Shown here piece after piece: positions 11,641 through 23,829 of a DNA stretch of 64,000 nucleotides. A model generated the notes under the pieces. It saw nothing but the letters and a program-made list of their open reading frames with translations, searched no databases and was not told where the DNA came from. The translations under genes and the position numbers were made by a program. Origin of the DNA: the human T2T-CHM13v2.0 reference genome, Homo sapiens. How positions within the stretch are numbered: position 1 is the stretch's first letter; each line of letters opens with the position of its first letter. The stretch covers positions 12,032,001 to 12,096,000 of the forward strand of contig CP068257.2 in assembly GCA_009914755.4 (NCBI GenBank), read 5' to 3'.

Positions 11641-14600
11641 GACTAGAACAAAGAATAATGTCTTATTAATACATTTCAGAAAGTTACCTCCATTTAACAT
11701 CAATGGTGTCATTTAATATTCTTAACTTTCCTATCAAGTAGATGCTATTATTATCTCTATTTTATAGGATATTAAGTCTTATATATTATACATAACCAGC
11801 TGAAGGTCATGTAGCATGTAGATATGATAGGAATACAAAGAAACAATGACATTAGAAGCAGAGGAGGGAGAAGGATTACAAGGCTAAACCTAGGTCAGTT
11901 AAGAGAAAAAGAAAAACTAGGAGAAGACAAATTCTTGTTAGAAAAAAAAAAATGATTGAGGCAGAGCAAGACAGTGGTGCAGACCTCTCCAGCTATCGTA
12001 CCCCTATAGAAACATCAATATGAACAACTGTCCACATGTGAAATTACCATTACAAGAGCCAACAGAACCTCAATACATGAACAAGGTTATGAAGCACCTT
12101 TAGCCTGTGAAGATGGGTGAAACCATGGCTTATGCAGTGAGAGAACCAATACTCTGTGACTGTGATACTCTTCCCTCAGGCCGTTATGGTACCATCTGCA
12201 GAAACTCCCACAGGGCTTATAGTTTTTACACTGAAGAAAGTGAGCAGGAGTTTGATATTTGTTTTTTCCACTATATTGAGTTCTTTCACAGTAGCCTCAC
12301 TCCTGTATCAGCCCACAAGTGGCACCATGAGTGCCAAAAGGGATGAACCACCTGAGGCATGTTAATGACATAAGAGGAGGTGGGGCCAGCGACAGCCACC
12401 ATGTGAAACATAATACACAGACTCTACAGGCTTGACGGCCTGACTTGTTCTCCCCCATAGCCAGGGGCTCCCTGTGGATCACCCATGGGCCCAGCCAGCA
12501 AATGTTGCATCAGTGGAGCCATTGGAAGACTTACGTCTAACATGGGATTTGGGCTCTCTCTAACGTTAAACTGGAATACGATGATAAGTCCACTCAAAAT
12601 TTCTTAATAGGCCCACTTAAAAGTAGTCACAAGCAAACCCAGACTGAGAAGACTCAAATAAACATCTAATTCATCAATGTGTAGACAGAGATGTATATCT
12701 ACATATAATAATGATAGCTTAGGAAAAGTTCCCTCTCCAAATGGACAAAACAAGGTGTCAGCAACTGAACTTAAAGACATACAGATGAATGATCTGGCAG
12801 GCAAATAATTCAAAATGGCTGTCTTAAGAAGAGCCTGAACACTGAGAAGCAGAGACACAATTCAGAAATTTACCAGAGAAATTCAACAAAGAAATCAAAA
12901 TAATGGGAAAAATCACATGTAAACCCTGGAGCAGGAAAGTTCAATGAACACATTGAAAATCCAACGGAAGCCATCAACAGAAGGAAGAACTGATCAAGCA
13001 GAAGAAAGAAACATTGAGCTCAAACAACAGGCTCTTTGAAAATACATGGTCAGAGTAAAATGAAAAAAAAGAATGAAAAGAAACAAAGAAAGTTTATGAG
13101 ATTTGTGGGACACCAACAAAAGAGGAAATCTACATATCATTGGTGTTAAAGTGGAACTAAGAATGAAAAAGAGATAGTTTATTCAAAGAAATAACAGAAA
13201 ACTTTTTAAACCTGGAGAAAGATTAAAATGTTTAGGATGGTCAAAGTGCCCAATCATATTTAATCTGAATAAGACAACCAAAGACATATTATAATTAAAC
13301 TCTCAAAGGTCAAAGACAAAGAGAAGACCCTGAAAGGACTAAGAAAAAGGAAACAACACATAAGAGAATTCCATTATGCCTGGCAGCAGACTTCTCAGCA
13401 GAAGCACTACAGGCCAGGAGAGAGTAGGATAATAGATTCAAGTGCTGAATTAAAAAAACTGTCAACCATGAATAAAGTATCCAGCATAGCTATCATTTAG
13501 AAATAAAGGAGAGATTGAAACATTCTCAGACAAACAAAAAGCAAAGGAATTCATTGTAATCAAACAAGCCTTACAAGAAATGCTAAATATTGTTCTTCAA
13601 ACTGAAAGGAAATGGCAGCAATATGTAGCACAAAAAATCTGAAGGTATAAACCCACAGATAGAAGTGAGGATTCAGACAAATTTGGAATGCTCTAATACG
13701 GTAATAATTGGATGTAAACCACTTATATATCCTTAGTAGGAAGGTTAAAATACAATACAAATAAAATAATAATTACAATAATTTGTTAAGGAATAGAATT
13801 ATACAAAGATGTAAATTAAGACATCAAAAATGCAAAATGTGAGGGAGTGATGAAGTTAAAGAGTAGAGTGGTTTCTTTTCCCCTTTTTTTGAATCAAAAT
13901 TAAGTTGCTATCTCTTTAAAATAACTTACTGTAACCATAAAATGTTCTTTGCATGCCTTGTGGTAACCACAAAGCAAAAACTTTTAATAGATACTTTAAA
14001 AATTAAAAAAAAAAGAAACCGAAACACACTGATAGAGTAAATCACTTAATCACAAAGGAAGATAGTGAAATCAATCAATCAATCAAAGTATAAATTTTTA
14101 AAAAACATGAAAACAAGTAATAATATGGCAGGACCAAGTCCTTGCCTATGAATAATTATCTTGTATGTAAATGGATTATCCCATTTAAGACATATAATGG
14201 CTACACTGATTAAAAACAAGACCTAACTATAAACTTTCTACAGGAAATTCACTTCATCTGTAAATACACACATAAATTGAAAGTGATCAGATGGAAAAAT
14301 ATATTTCATAAATATGGAAACCAAAAGAAAGCCGGTATAGATATATTTATATCAGATAACATATACTTCAAGCAAAATCCTATAAAAACAGACAAATATG
14401 GCCATTATATAATGATAAAGGGGTCAATATCACAAGATAATATAATTGTAAATATATATGCCCTCTATATTGAAGCCCCTAAATATATAAACCAAACATT
14501 AATAGATCTAACAGGAGAAACAGCAAGCAATAAAATAATAGTAAGAAATCTAAACATTCCACTTTCAGCAATAAACAGATTATCAAGACAGAAGATCAAC

Positions 14601-15482
14601 AAAGAAACATCATATTTAAAATGAACTCTAGACCAAATAACTTAGTAGTCATTTACAGAACATGTTATCCAACAATTGCATAATTCAGTCTTCTCTACTG
14701 CGCATGGAACATTTTCCATGATGGATCATATATTAGGCACAAAATGAGCCTTAGCAAATTCAAAAAAGATCAAAATTATATCACGTCTTTTCTGACAATA
14801 TAGAATAAAACTAGAAATAAACAACAAGAACTTCAGAAATTGTGCAAATACATACAAATTAAACAATGTGTCCTTAAACAATGGGTTAAAAAATAAATTT
14901 TGTTTCATTTTAAAATTTCTTAAGACAAATGAAAATGAAATCAGAACATATAAAAACTTAAGAAATACAGCAAAAAAAGTCCTCAGAGGGAAGTTTGCAG
15001 AAATACATTTCTATATGAAAAAAAGAAAACTCTCATTAATAACTTAAGAATGTATTTCAAGGAATCATAGAAACATGAACAAACTAAGCCCCAAATTGGT
15101 AAAAAAGAATACAAATAATAAAGAATAGAGCACAAATAAACAAAATGGAGACAAAAATATGAAAGATCAATGAAATGAAAAGTTATTTTTTGAAAAGATA
15201 AACACAATCGATATGTATTTAGTCAGATTAAGAAAAAGAGAAGATTCACATAAATAAAATCAGATGAAAAAAGACATTGAAATGGTTACTACAGAAATAC
15301 AAAGAATCATGAGAAAGTACTACAATTATATGCCAATAAATTAGAAAACATAGAAGAAATAAATAAGTTTCTGAACACATATAACCTATCAAAATTGAAG
15401 AATGAAGAAACACAAAATGCAAACAGACCAATAACAAATAATGAGATTGAAGCATTGTCTCTCAATACAAGAAAATCTGGAG

Positions 15483-15772
15483 GGCCTGTCACAGTATCTC
15501 ACACATGTAAACTCACACTTTGGAGGCCATGGCAAGAGGATTACTTGAAGCCAGAAGTTCCAGATTAGCCTGGGGAACATAGTGAGACCCAGTCTTTACA
15601 AAAATAAAAATAAAAATTAGCCAGGTGTAGTGGTGTGCACTTGCAGTCCTAACAACGGGAGGCTGAGGCAGGAGGATCACTGAAGTCCAGGAATTTGAGG
15701 CTGCAGTGAGCTATGATTGCACCACTGCACTCCAGCCTGAGTGACAGAGGAAGACCCTGTCTCTAAACCAAA
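15483..15772 (+). mobile_element. Alu SINE nested inside the old L1
   Basis: ggcctgtcacagtatctcacacatgtaaactcacactttggaggccatggcaagagg ... ccactgcactccagcctgagtgacagaggaagaccctgtctc. Confidence 0.85.
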
Positions 15773-15779
15773 AATATTT

Positions 15780-15839
15780 AATAAGAAGAAGAAGAAGAAA
15801 GAAAGAACAAAAGAAAGAAAGAGAAAGAAAGAAAGAAAG

Positions 15840-15874
<35 letters not shown>

Positions 15875-15932
15875 GAGAAAGAAAGAAAGAAAAAGAAAGA
15901 AAGAAAAGAAAAGAAAAGTAAAGTTCAGGATC
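15780..15932. repeat. (GAAA)n / (GAAAGAAAGA)n microsatellite derived from the Alu tail
   Basis: About 150 nt of agaaagaaagaaagagaaagaaag... This produces the spurious KKERKRKK ORF at 15741-15950. Confidence 0.9.
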
Positions 15933-17079
15933 CGATGCTTACACTGCTGAATTCTTCAAAACATTTAAAGAGGAACTTATAGTAATTATTTACAAATTAT
16001 TACAAAAAAAGTGAAAAGGAGGAAACTCTTCCAAACTCATTCTATGAAGACACAATTACCATATTCCAAAATGAGACAAGAACAGTAAAAAACTAAACTA
16101 CAGGCCAATATCACTGATGAACATGAATGCAACAATTCAAAACCAGCAATGCTAGCAATCATAATTTGGAAGTGCATTAAAAAGATGATTCACCATAATC
16201 AGGTTGTATTTGTTCCAGGGAGGCAAGGAGGGCTTATGATATGTCAATCAATAAATGTGATACACCACATTTGATAAGGGAAGATAAAAAAATAGTCATT
16301 TAAATAGATACAGAAAAAGTATTTGACAAAATTCAATGTTTTTTGTAAACATAAGATCTCTTAACAAATTAGTTATAAAAAGAACATAGCTCCATAAAAT
16401 AAAGGCCATATATGATAACCCACAGCCAACATGATACTGAATAAGGAAAAATTGAAAACTGTGTCTCTAAGGTCTAGAACAAGACAAGGATGTTCACTTT
16501 AATAACTTCTCTTCAACATAGCACTGGAAGTCCTAGCCAGAGCAATTAGGCCAGCAAAAGAAAAGACATCCAAATTGAAAAACAAAAATAAAGTCAAATT
16601 GTCCCTGTTTGCAGATGACATGATCTTATGTATAAAAAACCCTAAATACTCTACTGAAAAAACAGAAATAGTAAATGAATACAGTAAAGTTTTAGAATAC
16701 AAAATCAGCATAGAAAAATCAGTCGCATTTCTATACCCAACAGCATACCATCTGAAAAAGGAATCAAGAAACCAATCCCATTTAAAATAGCTATAAAAAA
16801 ATGCCTGGGAATAAACTAAGCCAAATAAATATGTCTAAAATGAAAACTATAAAACATTGATAAAAATCAATTGAAAAAGATACAAATAAAGGGAAAGTTA
16901 TCCCATTTTTATGAATTAGAAGTATTAATACTGTTAAAATGACCATCATACTCAAATCAGTCTATAGGTCCAATACAATCTCTAACAAATTTCCAATGTA
17001 ATTCTTCAGAGATGTTAAAAAAGGTTTTAAAAATCGTTCTGCGGATGTTAAAAGGATTTTTAAAACGCTTTTTTCGTTC

Positions 17080-17900
17080 TGCAGGCGAAGGCTGTGGCCG
17101 TGCTCCCGCCGGCCAGTTCCCAGCAGCAGCGCATTGCCCCTGCTCCACGCCTTCGCTCCAGGCCCGCAGGGGCGCAGCCCCGCGGGAATCAGCACTGAGC
17201 CGGTCCCGCCGCCGCCCCAGTGTCCGGGCTGCGACTGCGGGGAGCCGATCGCCCAGCGATTGGAGGTGGGCGACGAGGCCTTCCGCCAGAGCGAGTACCA
17301 GAAAGCAGCCGGGCTCTTCCGCTCCACGCTGGCCCGGCTGGCGCAGCCCGACCGCGGTCAGTGCCTGAGGCTGGGGAACGCGCTGGCCCGCGCCGACCGC
17401 CTCCCGGTGGCCCTGGGCGCGTTCTGTGTCGCCCTGCGGCTCGAGGCGCTGCGGCCGGAGGAGCTGGGAGAGCTGGCAGAGCTGGCGGGCGGCCTGGTGT
17501 GCCCCGGCCTGCGCGAACGGCCACTGTTCACGGGGAAGCCGGGCGGCGAGCTTGAGGCGCCAGGCTAGGGAGGGCCGGCCCTGGAGCCCGGCGCGCCCCG
17601 CGACCTGCTCGGCTGCCCGCGGCTGCTGCACAAGCCGGTGACACTGCCCTGCGGGCTCACGGTCTGCAAGCGCTGCGTGGAGCCGGGGCCGAGCGGCCAC
17701 AGGCGCTGCGCGTGAACGTGGTGCTGAGCCGCAAGCTGGAGAGGTGCTTCCCGGCCAAGTGCCCGCTGCTCAGGCTGGAGGGTCAGGCGCGGAGCCTGCA
17801 GCGCCAGCAGCAGCCCGAGGCCGCGCTGCTCAGGTGCGACCAGGCCCTGTAGCTGTGACTTGGCTGTGGGGCTGGCCCGCCTCCCTGACCCCTGTCAGGC
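17080..17900. promoter_or_regulatory. CpG island
   Basis: A sharp jump to very high GC and CpG density (gccggc, cgcggg, ccgcgc, etc.) begins within ~30 nt of the end of the L1. Confidence 0.8.
17134..17850 (+). pseudogene. LONRF-family (LONRF2-like) exon-1-like segment with a degenerate N-terminal RING; disrupted by one nonsense codon and one frameshift, so an unprocessed pseudogene or duplicated gene fragment
   Basis: Frame 1, 17134-17565, reads MPLLHAFAPGPQGRSPAGISTEPVPPPPQCPGCDCGEP...ELEAPG, then TAG at 17566-17568. The same frame continues GGPALEPGAPRDLLGCPRLLHKPVTLPCGLTVCKRCVEPGPSGHRRCA and stops with TGA at 17713-17715. Homology continues in the +2 frame as ALRVNVVLSRKLERCFPAKCPLLRLEGQARSLQRQQQPEAALLRCDQAL, ending with TAG at 17848-17850. 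The motif LLGCPRLLHKPVTLPCG.TVCKRC...VNVVLS.LE.CFP parallels the first RING region of LONRF proteins (LONRF1: LLRCLGCRGFLSEPVTVPCGHSYCRRCL...SVVLNHLAEKWFP). Downstream sequence is intron-like, not a poly-A tail. Confidence 0.55.
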
Positions 17901-19319
17901 GGAGCAGCTGGAGCTGACCCACGGGCCTGGGCTTTCGAGCGCTTTGTCCAGGCGCTAATGATGGGAAGGTGAAAGGTGGGGGTGGCCACACCCTGCAGTC
18001 AGGGTGGCAGGTGTCAGAGGCCACATGCAACCCACTGGTTTTGTCTTTTCCAGGATGCTGATAAGTTTCCCGCGGCCCCCGGAGCAGCTCTGTAAGGCCC
18101 TGTAATTGCCTTTCGTTCCCTTCTGCTCTATTGAGGAGTGGGAAGATGACAAAGTGTTTTTGCTCAACCCGAAGGAAAATGCACATGGGAGGACACACCG
18201 GGTTACTATTTGAGTAGCCCAGACAGGAGAGCAGCGGTCTGCTTCAGCCATGAGACCACCTCAGGCGAAAATAGACTTGTGGTTGTTTTACTTCTTTTCA
18301 CCAAATGGGTCTTTTTGGGGTTTGTGGTGTGTCCCATGTAACGATGATCTCTTGGTTCCCCTTTCTCATTCACACCCGGGAGCTGAGGTGGGGGGTGGGG
18401 GGCAGGGAGTGGCCACCTGCGCCAGGTGTGAGAGAAGCCACACCTGAGACCAGCCCCTCTGTCCTCCTGCCTCTGCATCGAGCGTCCCTGCAGGAGGCAG
18501 AAGGGGTGAAAAGTAGCCTCGATATTAAAGTGCTTGTGTGTCCCTGAGGGGGTAAGCAAGTCACAGTCGGGACACTGGTTCCTGTCATCAGGTGTAGCAC
18601 AAAGAAGGACCCCAGGACATGGGGTGCAGAAGGGAGCACAGAGAGGGTGGGTGCTACTGGGGTGCACAGGCAGCTTGAGGAGGATGCAGATGGCAAACTT
18701 CCCTTTGTCACGCCAGGTGCATGTTTAGGGCCGGAGGACCACCAGATCCCCAAAGCCTCCGGTGCTTCTGAGGCAGAGGAGAGGCAAGGCCAGTGGCTAC
18801 CGGTGTCCAGGGACCTGGCAGCCACCACTGAGGCCTATCTGCTTGTCCCTCAGCCCACTGGCGGCCACACTCCAGGTCTCTGGGCTCTGCCTAGGACGTG
18901 TGTTTGGGCTTCTCTCCCGAGCAGAAATCATCTGCGTACCCTCTGCATCCCATGGATTTGCTTTGTTTCTGAGGGAATAATTAAGGAATGTTAGTATGAC
19001 ATCCGAAAATAGCTAATTATGGTGAAGAGCTAACAGGGCGATCTGGGAAGTTGTGGAGCTCTAGTTAGTGATGACAGAAGAGGAACATATTTGACTGTTT
19101 TGTGCTACACCCAGGTTCTCAGGAGGTGGCAAGGGAGGAGACTTGGCACTGTGCCATGCTCAGAGCCCCTGGTCCCAGGGACTCTGTTTCCCTGTGGGAG
19201 TTTGGATGAGAGACAGTTGGCTGGGAAGCTCAGGGTGGAGTGAGGAAGAACAAGTTGAGGTTCTTGGGTTGGAAAGATCTAGTACCCCAGGAGGGGCTGG
19301 ATGTGGCCTGCGCCCACCC

Positions 19320-19640
19320 CAAACTCACACACTCTGTCATGCTCACACAGACACACACACTCACACACACTCATAGGCCCAAGCTCACACACCACACTTA
19401 CATGGCTTATTCACACACTTACACACATTAACACACATACGCACTCATATTTACACATCCACACGCAGTTATATTCCACATACACACTCATACTCCCAAG
19501 TTCAAACACCATTATTTCTTCACAAACATTCACACAATAACTCACATACACACTCTCACACATGTACACACTCACCCACACACTCTCCATTACACACATT
19601 TACCTGTCTGTTCTCACACACATGCACAAACACAAAGCCA
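19320..19640. repeat. Degenerate CA-rich low-complexity tract ((CACACA)/(CACT)-like)
   Basis: cacacactcacacacactcataggcc...cacacattaacacacatacgcactcat... Confidence 0.8.
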
Positions 19641-22600
19641 AATTAGAGCCATTTTCCTGGTCCCACACAAAGAAAACTGATACCTCAGTTTCTTGGTCTT
19701 GACCAGAACTGGGTGCATGATTCCATCCAACCACAAGGTGGGGTGGGAATGAAATCCTATCACGTCCTCAGGCCGTGGAGAAAAAAAAAAAAACTATGTC
19801 AGGCCTCTCTAATGCCTCCCACAAATGAGCAGGAGGGATTGAAACAGAAAAGGGGTTCCTCCTGACATGTGGCATTGATGGAGCCCGGTTCTGCCTCATG
19901 CCAAGCCCTGCCTTGCCCCTCGATGATGGAAAATGGTTGTGTGTCTTGTTTCCTGGCCCCCATCTCTGTCTCGGTACAGAGTAGAGATTTGAGTCTCAGT
20001 TTCAAAGACAGGAGTCCCACTAAGCTGACCCACCCACTGACAGATGAAATCTTGCCATCTGCTGACCAAGTTCCCCAAGGCCCCTTGAGACTCAATTTCT
20101 GAAGAGGGTCTGCTCAGAATTCCCCGTCCCCATGATCTGCCCGGCTGTCGGGACACTGGTGAGCCTGCTCAGTGGGGAGTCCCTTTTCAGCTCAGTCAGC
20201 AAGCGGCTCTTCTCTATAAAGAGGCAGGGGATGAACCTCCTCTCTAGTTTTAGCAGCAGAGGCCATGAGACCCATGGCAGAGGCCAGAGCTGTGCAGGCT
20301 GTAGGAGGTACCATGTCAGGGATTTCAAACGGAGGAAGGTACTTTCCAGAGAGTACTGCAGGGAACCAAGCCATATCCACCGTAGCTGCAATAAAGCCTC
20401 TGAGGCTCAGCTTAAACTCAATCTTAGAAATGAAGTCCCAGCACAAGCTTTGCAGGATAAGCAAAATCTAGAGAAGAGAAAATGCAGACCCAGTCAATGA
20501 TAAATATAAGTCATCTGGACCAGCACAGAGCAGATACAGTGCCTTCTCCACATGCAGTGAATGAGGTTCTCACGTCTGTTAGTGTGTGGAATTGAACATC
20601 AGTATCAGAATCATTCTGTGTTACCTACAGCTGGTTTTATGTTGTTATGCCTGTCACCTGATGAATGTGTATCTTTAGCCAACCCTTTCACCCCAAAGCT
20701 CCTGCCCCAACCCCTCCTCCTGGAAGTGCCCATCGCTGGTCTCGGCAGGAGGCTGTTCTTCCCAGCCTGTGGGGTGGCCACCTTGCAGGCTGTAACCCTC
20801 TACAAGAAATAAAGTCTTCTCTCCTTTTCCAAATTTCGATATTCACTTAATCCTTAGCTTCTATTTTTCAAGATTTTAAACTGCTTTTAGGTCATGGCCT
20901 CTTCTCTGTAGGGTCTGGAGGCTGAGAGATGTTCAGCAGGAAAGAGCTGCTAACTAATTCCAGTAGCACTGCTCTTCTGCCTAACGGAGGTGTTTAAATG
21001 TTGATTTTGGCAAAATCTATGAGCAGGTTGCTCCCCATCTCCCGAGATCTCTCACAATACTTTGTAAAACCCAATTTAGCGCATCGTCTGTGAGAGCAGC
21101 TTTTACTGGTTCTGCAGCGATCTTCCTTACTCATAATCTATTGAAATATTGTAAAGCGATGCAGATTTGTGGCATGTGAGGAGAGCATGTAGACACACAC
21201 TCCGCTGTGATTCAAAGTGCCCTAACACCTTCCTCTTCCCTACAGGCTGTGATAGGAGGGTGCTCTGGGTCACTGAAGAAGGGGAGTCATAAAGGAGCAG
21301 AGGCCCCACGTCGTGAGTGCCATCTCTCCTTGAGTGTGGCCTCTTGTTCTAGCCCACAGGCCCACCATGGTCTGACTAAATGCTGGCACTGCTCATACAT
21401 CCACTTTTAAAAATTGAGTTGAACATGAGAACATGATCATTCATATTTTATCCATTTGCATGTATTCAATAACATCCTTTCCCTGTTCTCATCTCTGCTT
21501 TACTGCCTTTTTCTTTAAAGAATGAATGTTTCCATGTTTTATATCCACAGAATTTCTGGCTTTTCCCTTTGGAGTCCAAGGAGCAAGGGCAGAATGAGGA
21601 ACAGGATGTTTCTTACAGACTCATGAGGCCGCAGCACAGAAACTGCAAGAAATGTCAGTCATAAAGTGTCCCAGTGCATTTTAAATTGATGATTATTAAA
21701 ATCCTTCTTTATCTATAGGGGATCTAAAAAATTAAACAACTCATAATTTAAACACGGTTGCCAGTAGCCTGAGTCAAAAATCAGGAGAGGCTCTGTGGTC
21801 TGAAGTCTCCTATTGCTCACCTTGATGAGGGTCTAGTTGCCTAATGGGTTGGTGTAATGATGTCATTCAACACAAGCAAAACACAACTCCCTTGGAGTTG
21901 TTCAAAAAATCAGGAAATAGAAAAAAAATAAGGGAGAATAAAATATTGACAGGAGAGAAAAATGAAGAGTTACTTGGAGATTTGAAGGAGGTGAAATGGG
22001 CAAAAAGTAAATTTAGCAACTAGAATTTAAAGTCAGTGGATAATTAAGTCGAATAATTTATTCTTATGTCCATGTACTTTGGTTTTAAAGTTTTGATTAA
22101 TACTCATTCAACACTAATTTCTAACAAATTAGAATATTTCCACATTGTCTATTTTTACCAGTGAGCTTGTAATAAAGATCCGCTAGTAATTTTAGTACAT
22201 CATAACCTTTCAAAAGAAGCCCATAGAATAAACTAATTTTTAAAGAGTCACATTTTATTCAATGTCTATTTATACATGTTACTAGCAATAAACTCTTTTA
22301 TCTTTAATTTTGAGAAGCTTTACAAATACAGAAAAGTAGAATGACTAATACTCCCGGTAGCCAGGACTCAGATTGGAAAAATAGGTCTAATCGGTTGTTA
22401 CACTGTGTTTATGTCATACATTTCACTTATTTTTATCAAATAAAAATTAGAATTTATAAAATGTTGATTAAAAGGAAAACAGTAAAGTTTAGTCCCATGT
22501 TTCTTCCTCCAAATCTCTTTGTTCTACATTAACAGGTCAGGAGAAGTATGGATGGGGAGGCTGGAAAAGGGGCATCCTTCCCCATGCGGTCCCCAGAGCC

Positions 22601-23343
22601 ACCTTCTCCAAGCAGGACTTGGGGAACATCCTCCTCCATCCAGGACCTAAGGGGTGTCCTTTTCTGTGCTTCCTTGGATGGCAGCCTTTCCTGTGCAGTC
22701 ATTCAGAAAGTCAGGCTGACACATGTTGTCGTCTTGAACTCTGGGTGAATCCCTTCATGTTTATAGTGATTTACCATTAAATCACTGTGCCGTTTTTTCC
22801 TAAAATATATGGGGCGTGTTTTTTGTTCTGAGTTATCTTAGTCCTTTGGTCGCTAGCTCCAGTTTTTTGTAATTTCTTTTGCAACCTAATATGTGTCCCA
22901 TTTGGTAAGTATTACATATACTAGAAAGTGACGTATATTCAGCATTTGTTGTGATTTTAAAACCTTTTATAAACACGTAACATCTTTGTCTATTTCCCGT
23001 TTAAATTCAGAAGTATGGGTTCCAGCGTCCCTCTCTAGACCTGCTCTATCCTGTTAGTTTCTTTGTATGTCCTGGAGGCGAGGCCAGCATTGGACTTGAC
23101 GTTGCTTCACCTACTCGGTTCTATTGTCCATCCATGTGCAGTGTCTATCCTGTTGTTTATTATTTCTTCCTTAAATTTTATTTGAACTAAATTAATTTTG
23201 TGATAGCAGCTTGCTTTCTGTGAATATTTACTTAAAATTTTTATAAAATTTTTATTTTTTTATTTCTTTAATTTGAAAGTGCTGCTTTGTTATTGATAAT
23301 TTTGTATTTTAATATATGAGGTTAATCCCTCTATGTTTGGTAG

Positions 23344-23829
<486 letters not shown>

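Larger units (their letters stand above)
12540..17055 (+). mobile_element. Ancient LINE-1 (L1M/L1PB-class), ORF1 and ORF2 remnants; 5'-truncated or rearranged; carries a nested Alu
   Basis: L1 ORF1-like and ORF2-like sequence in sense orientation (for example the 14277-14624 endonuclease-like ORF, ...caaaattcaa..., ...gtccctgtttgcagatgacatgatc..., ...ccaatgtaattcttcagagatgttaaaaaag). It is heavily mutated and AT-rich. Confidence 0.8.

Noticed and set aside
14277-14624. 115 aa ORF in the old L1
   Set aside because: It is an L1 ORF2 endonuclease-region remnant of a decayed element.
15741-15950. ORF encoding KKKKKERTKERKRKKERKRKK...
   Set aside because: It is a translation of the (GAAA)n microsatellite.
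16957-17700. The 247 aa ORF on the minus strand (and the overlapping 111-144 aa ORFs at 17189-17555)
   Set aside because: It is antisense to the LONRF-like segment. It runs from inside the L1 across the breakpoint. It is Arg/Ala/Pro-rich, the typical composition of a spurious CpG-island ORF.
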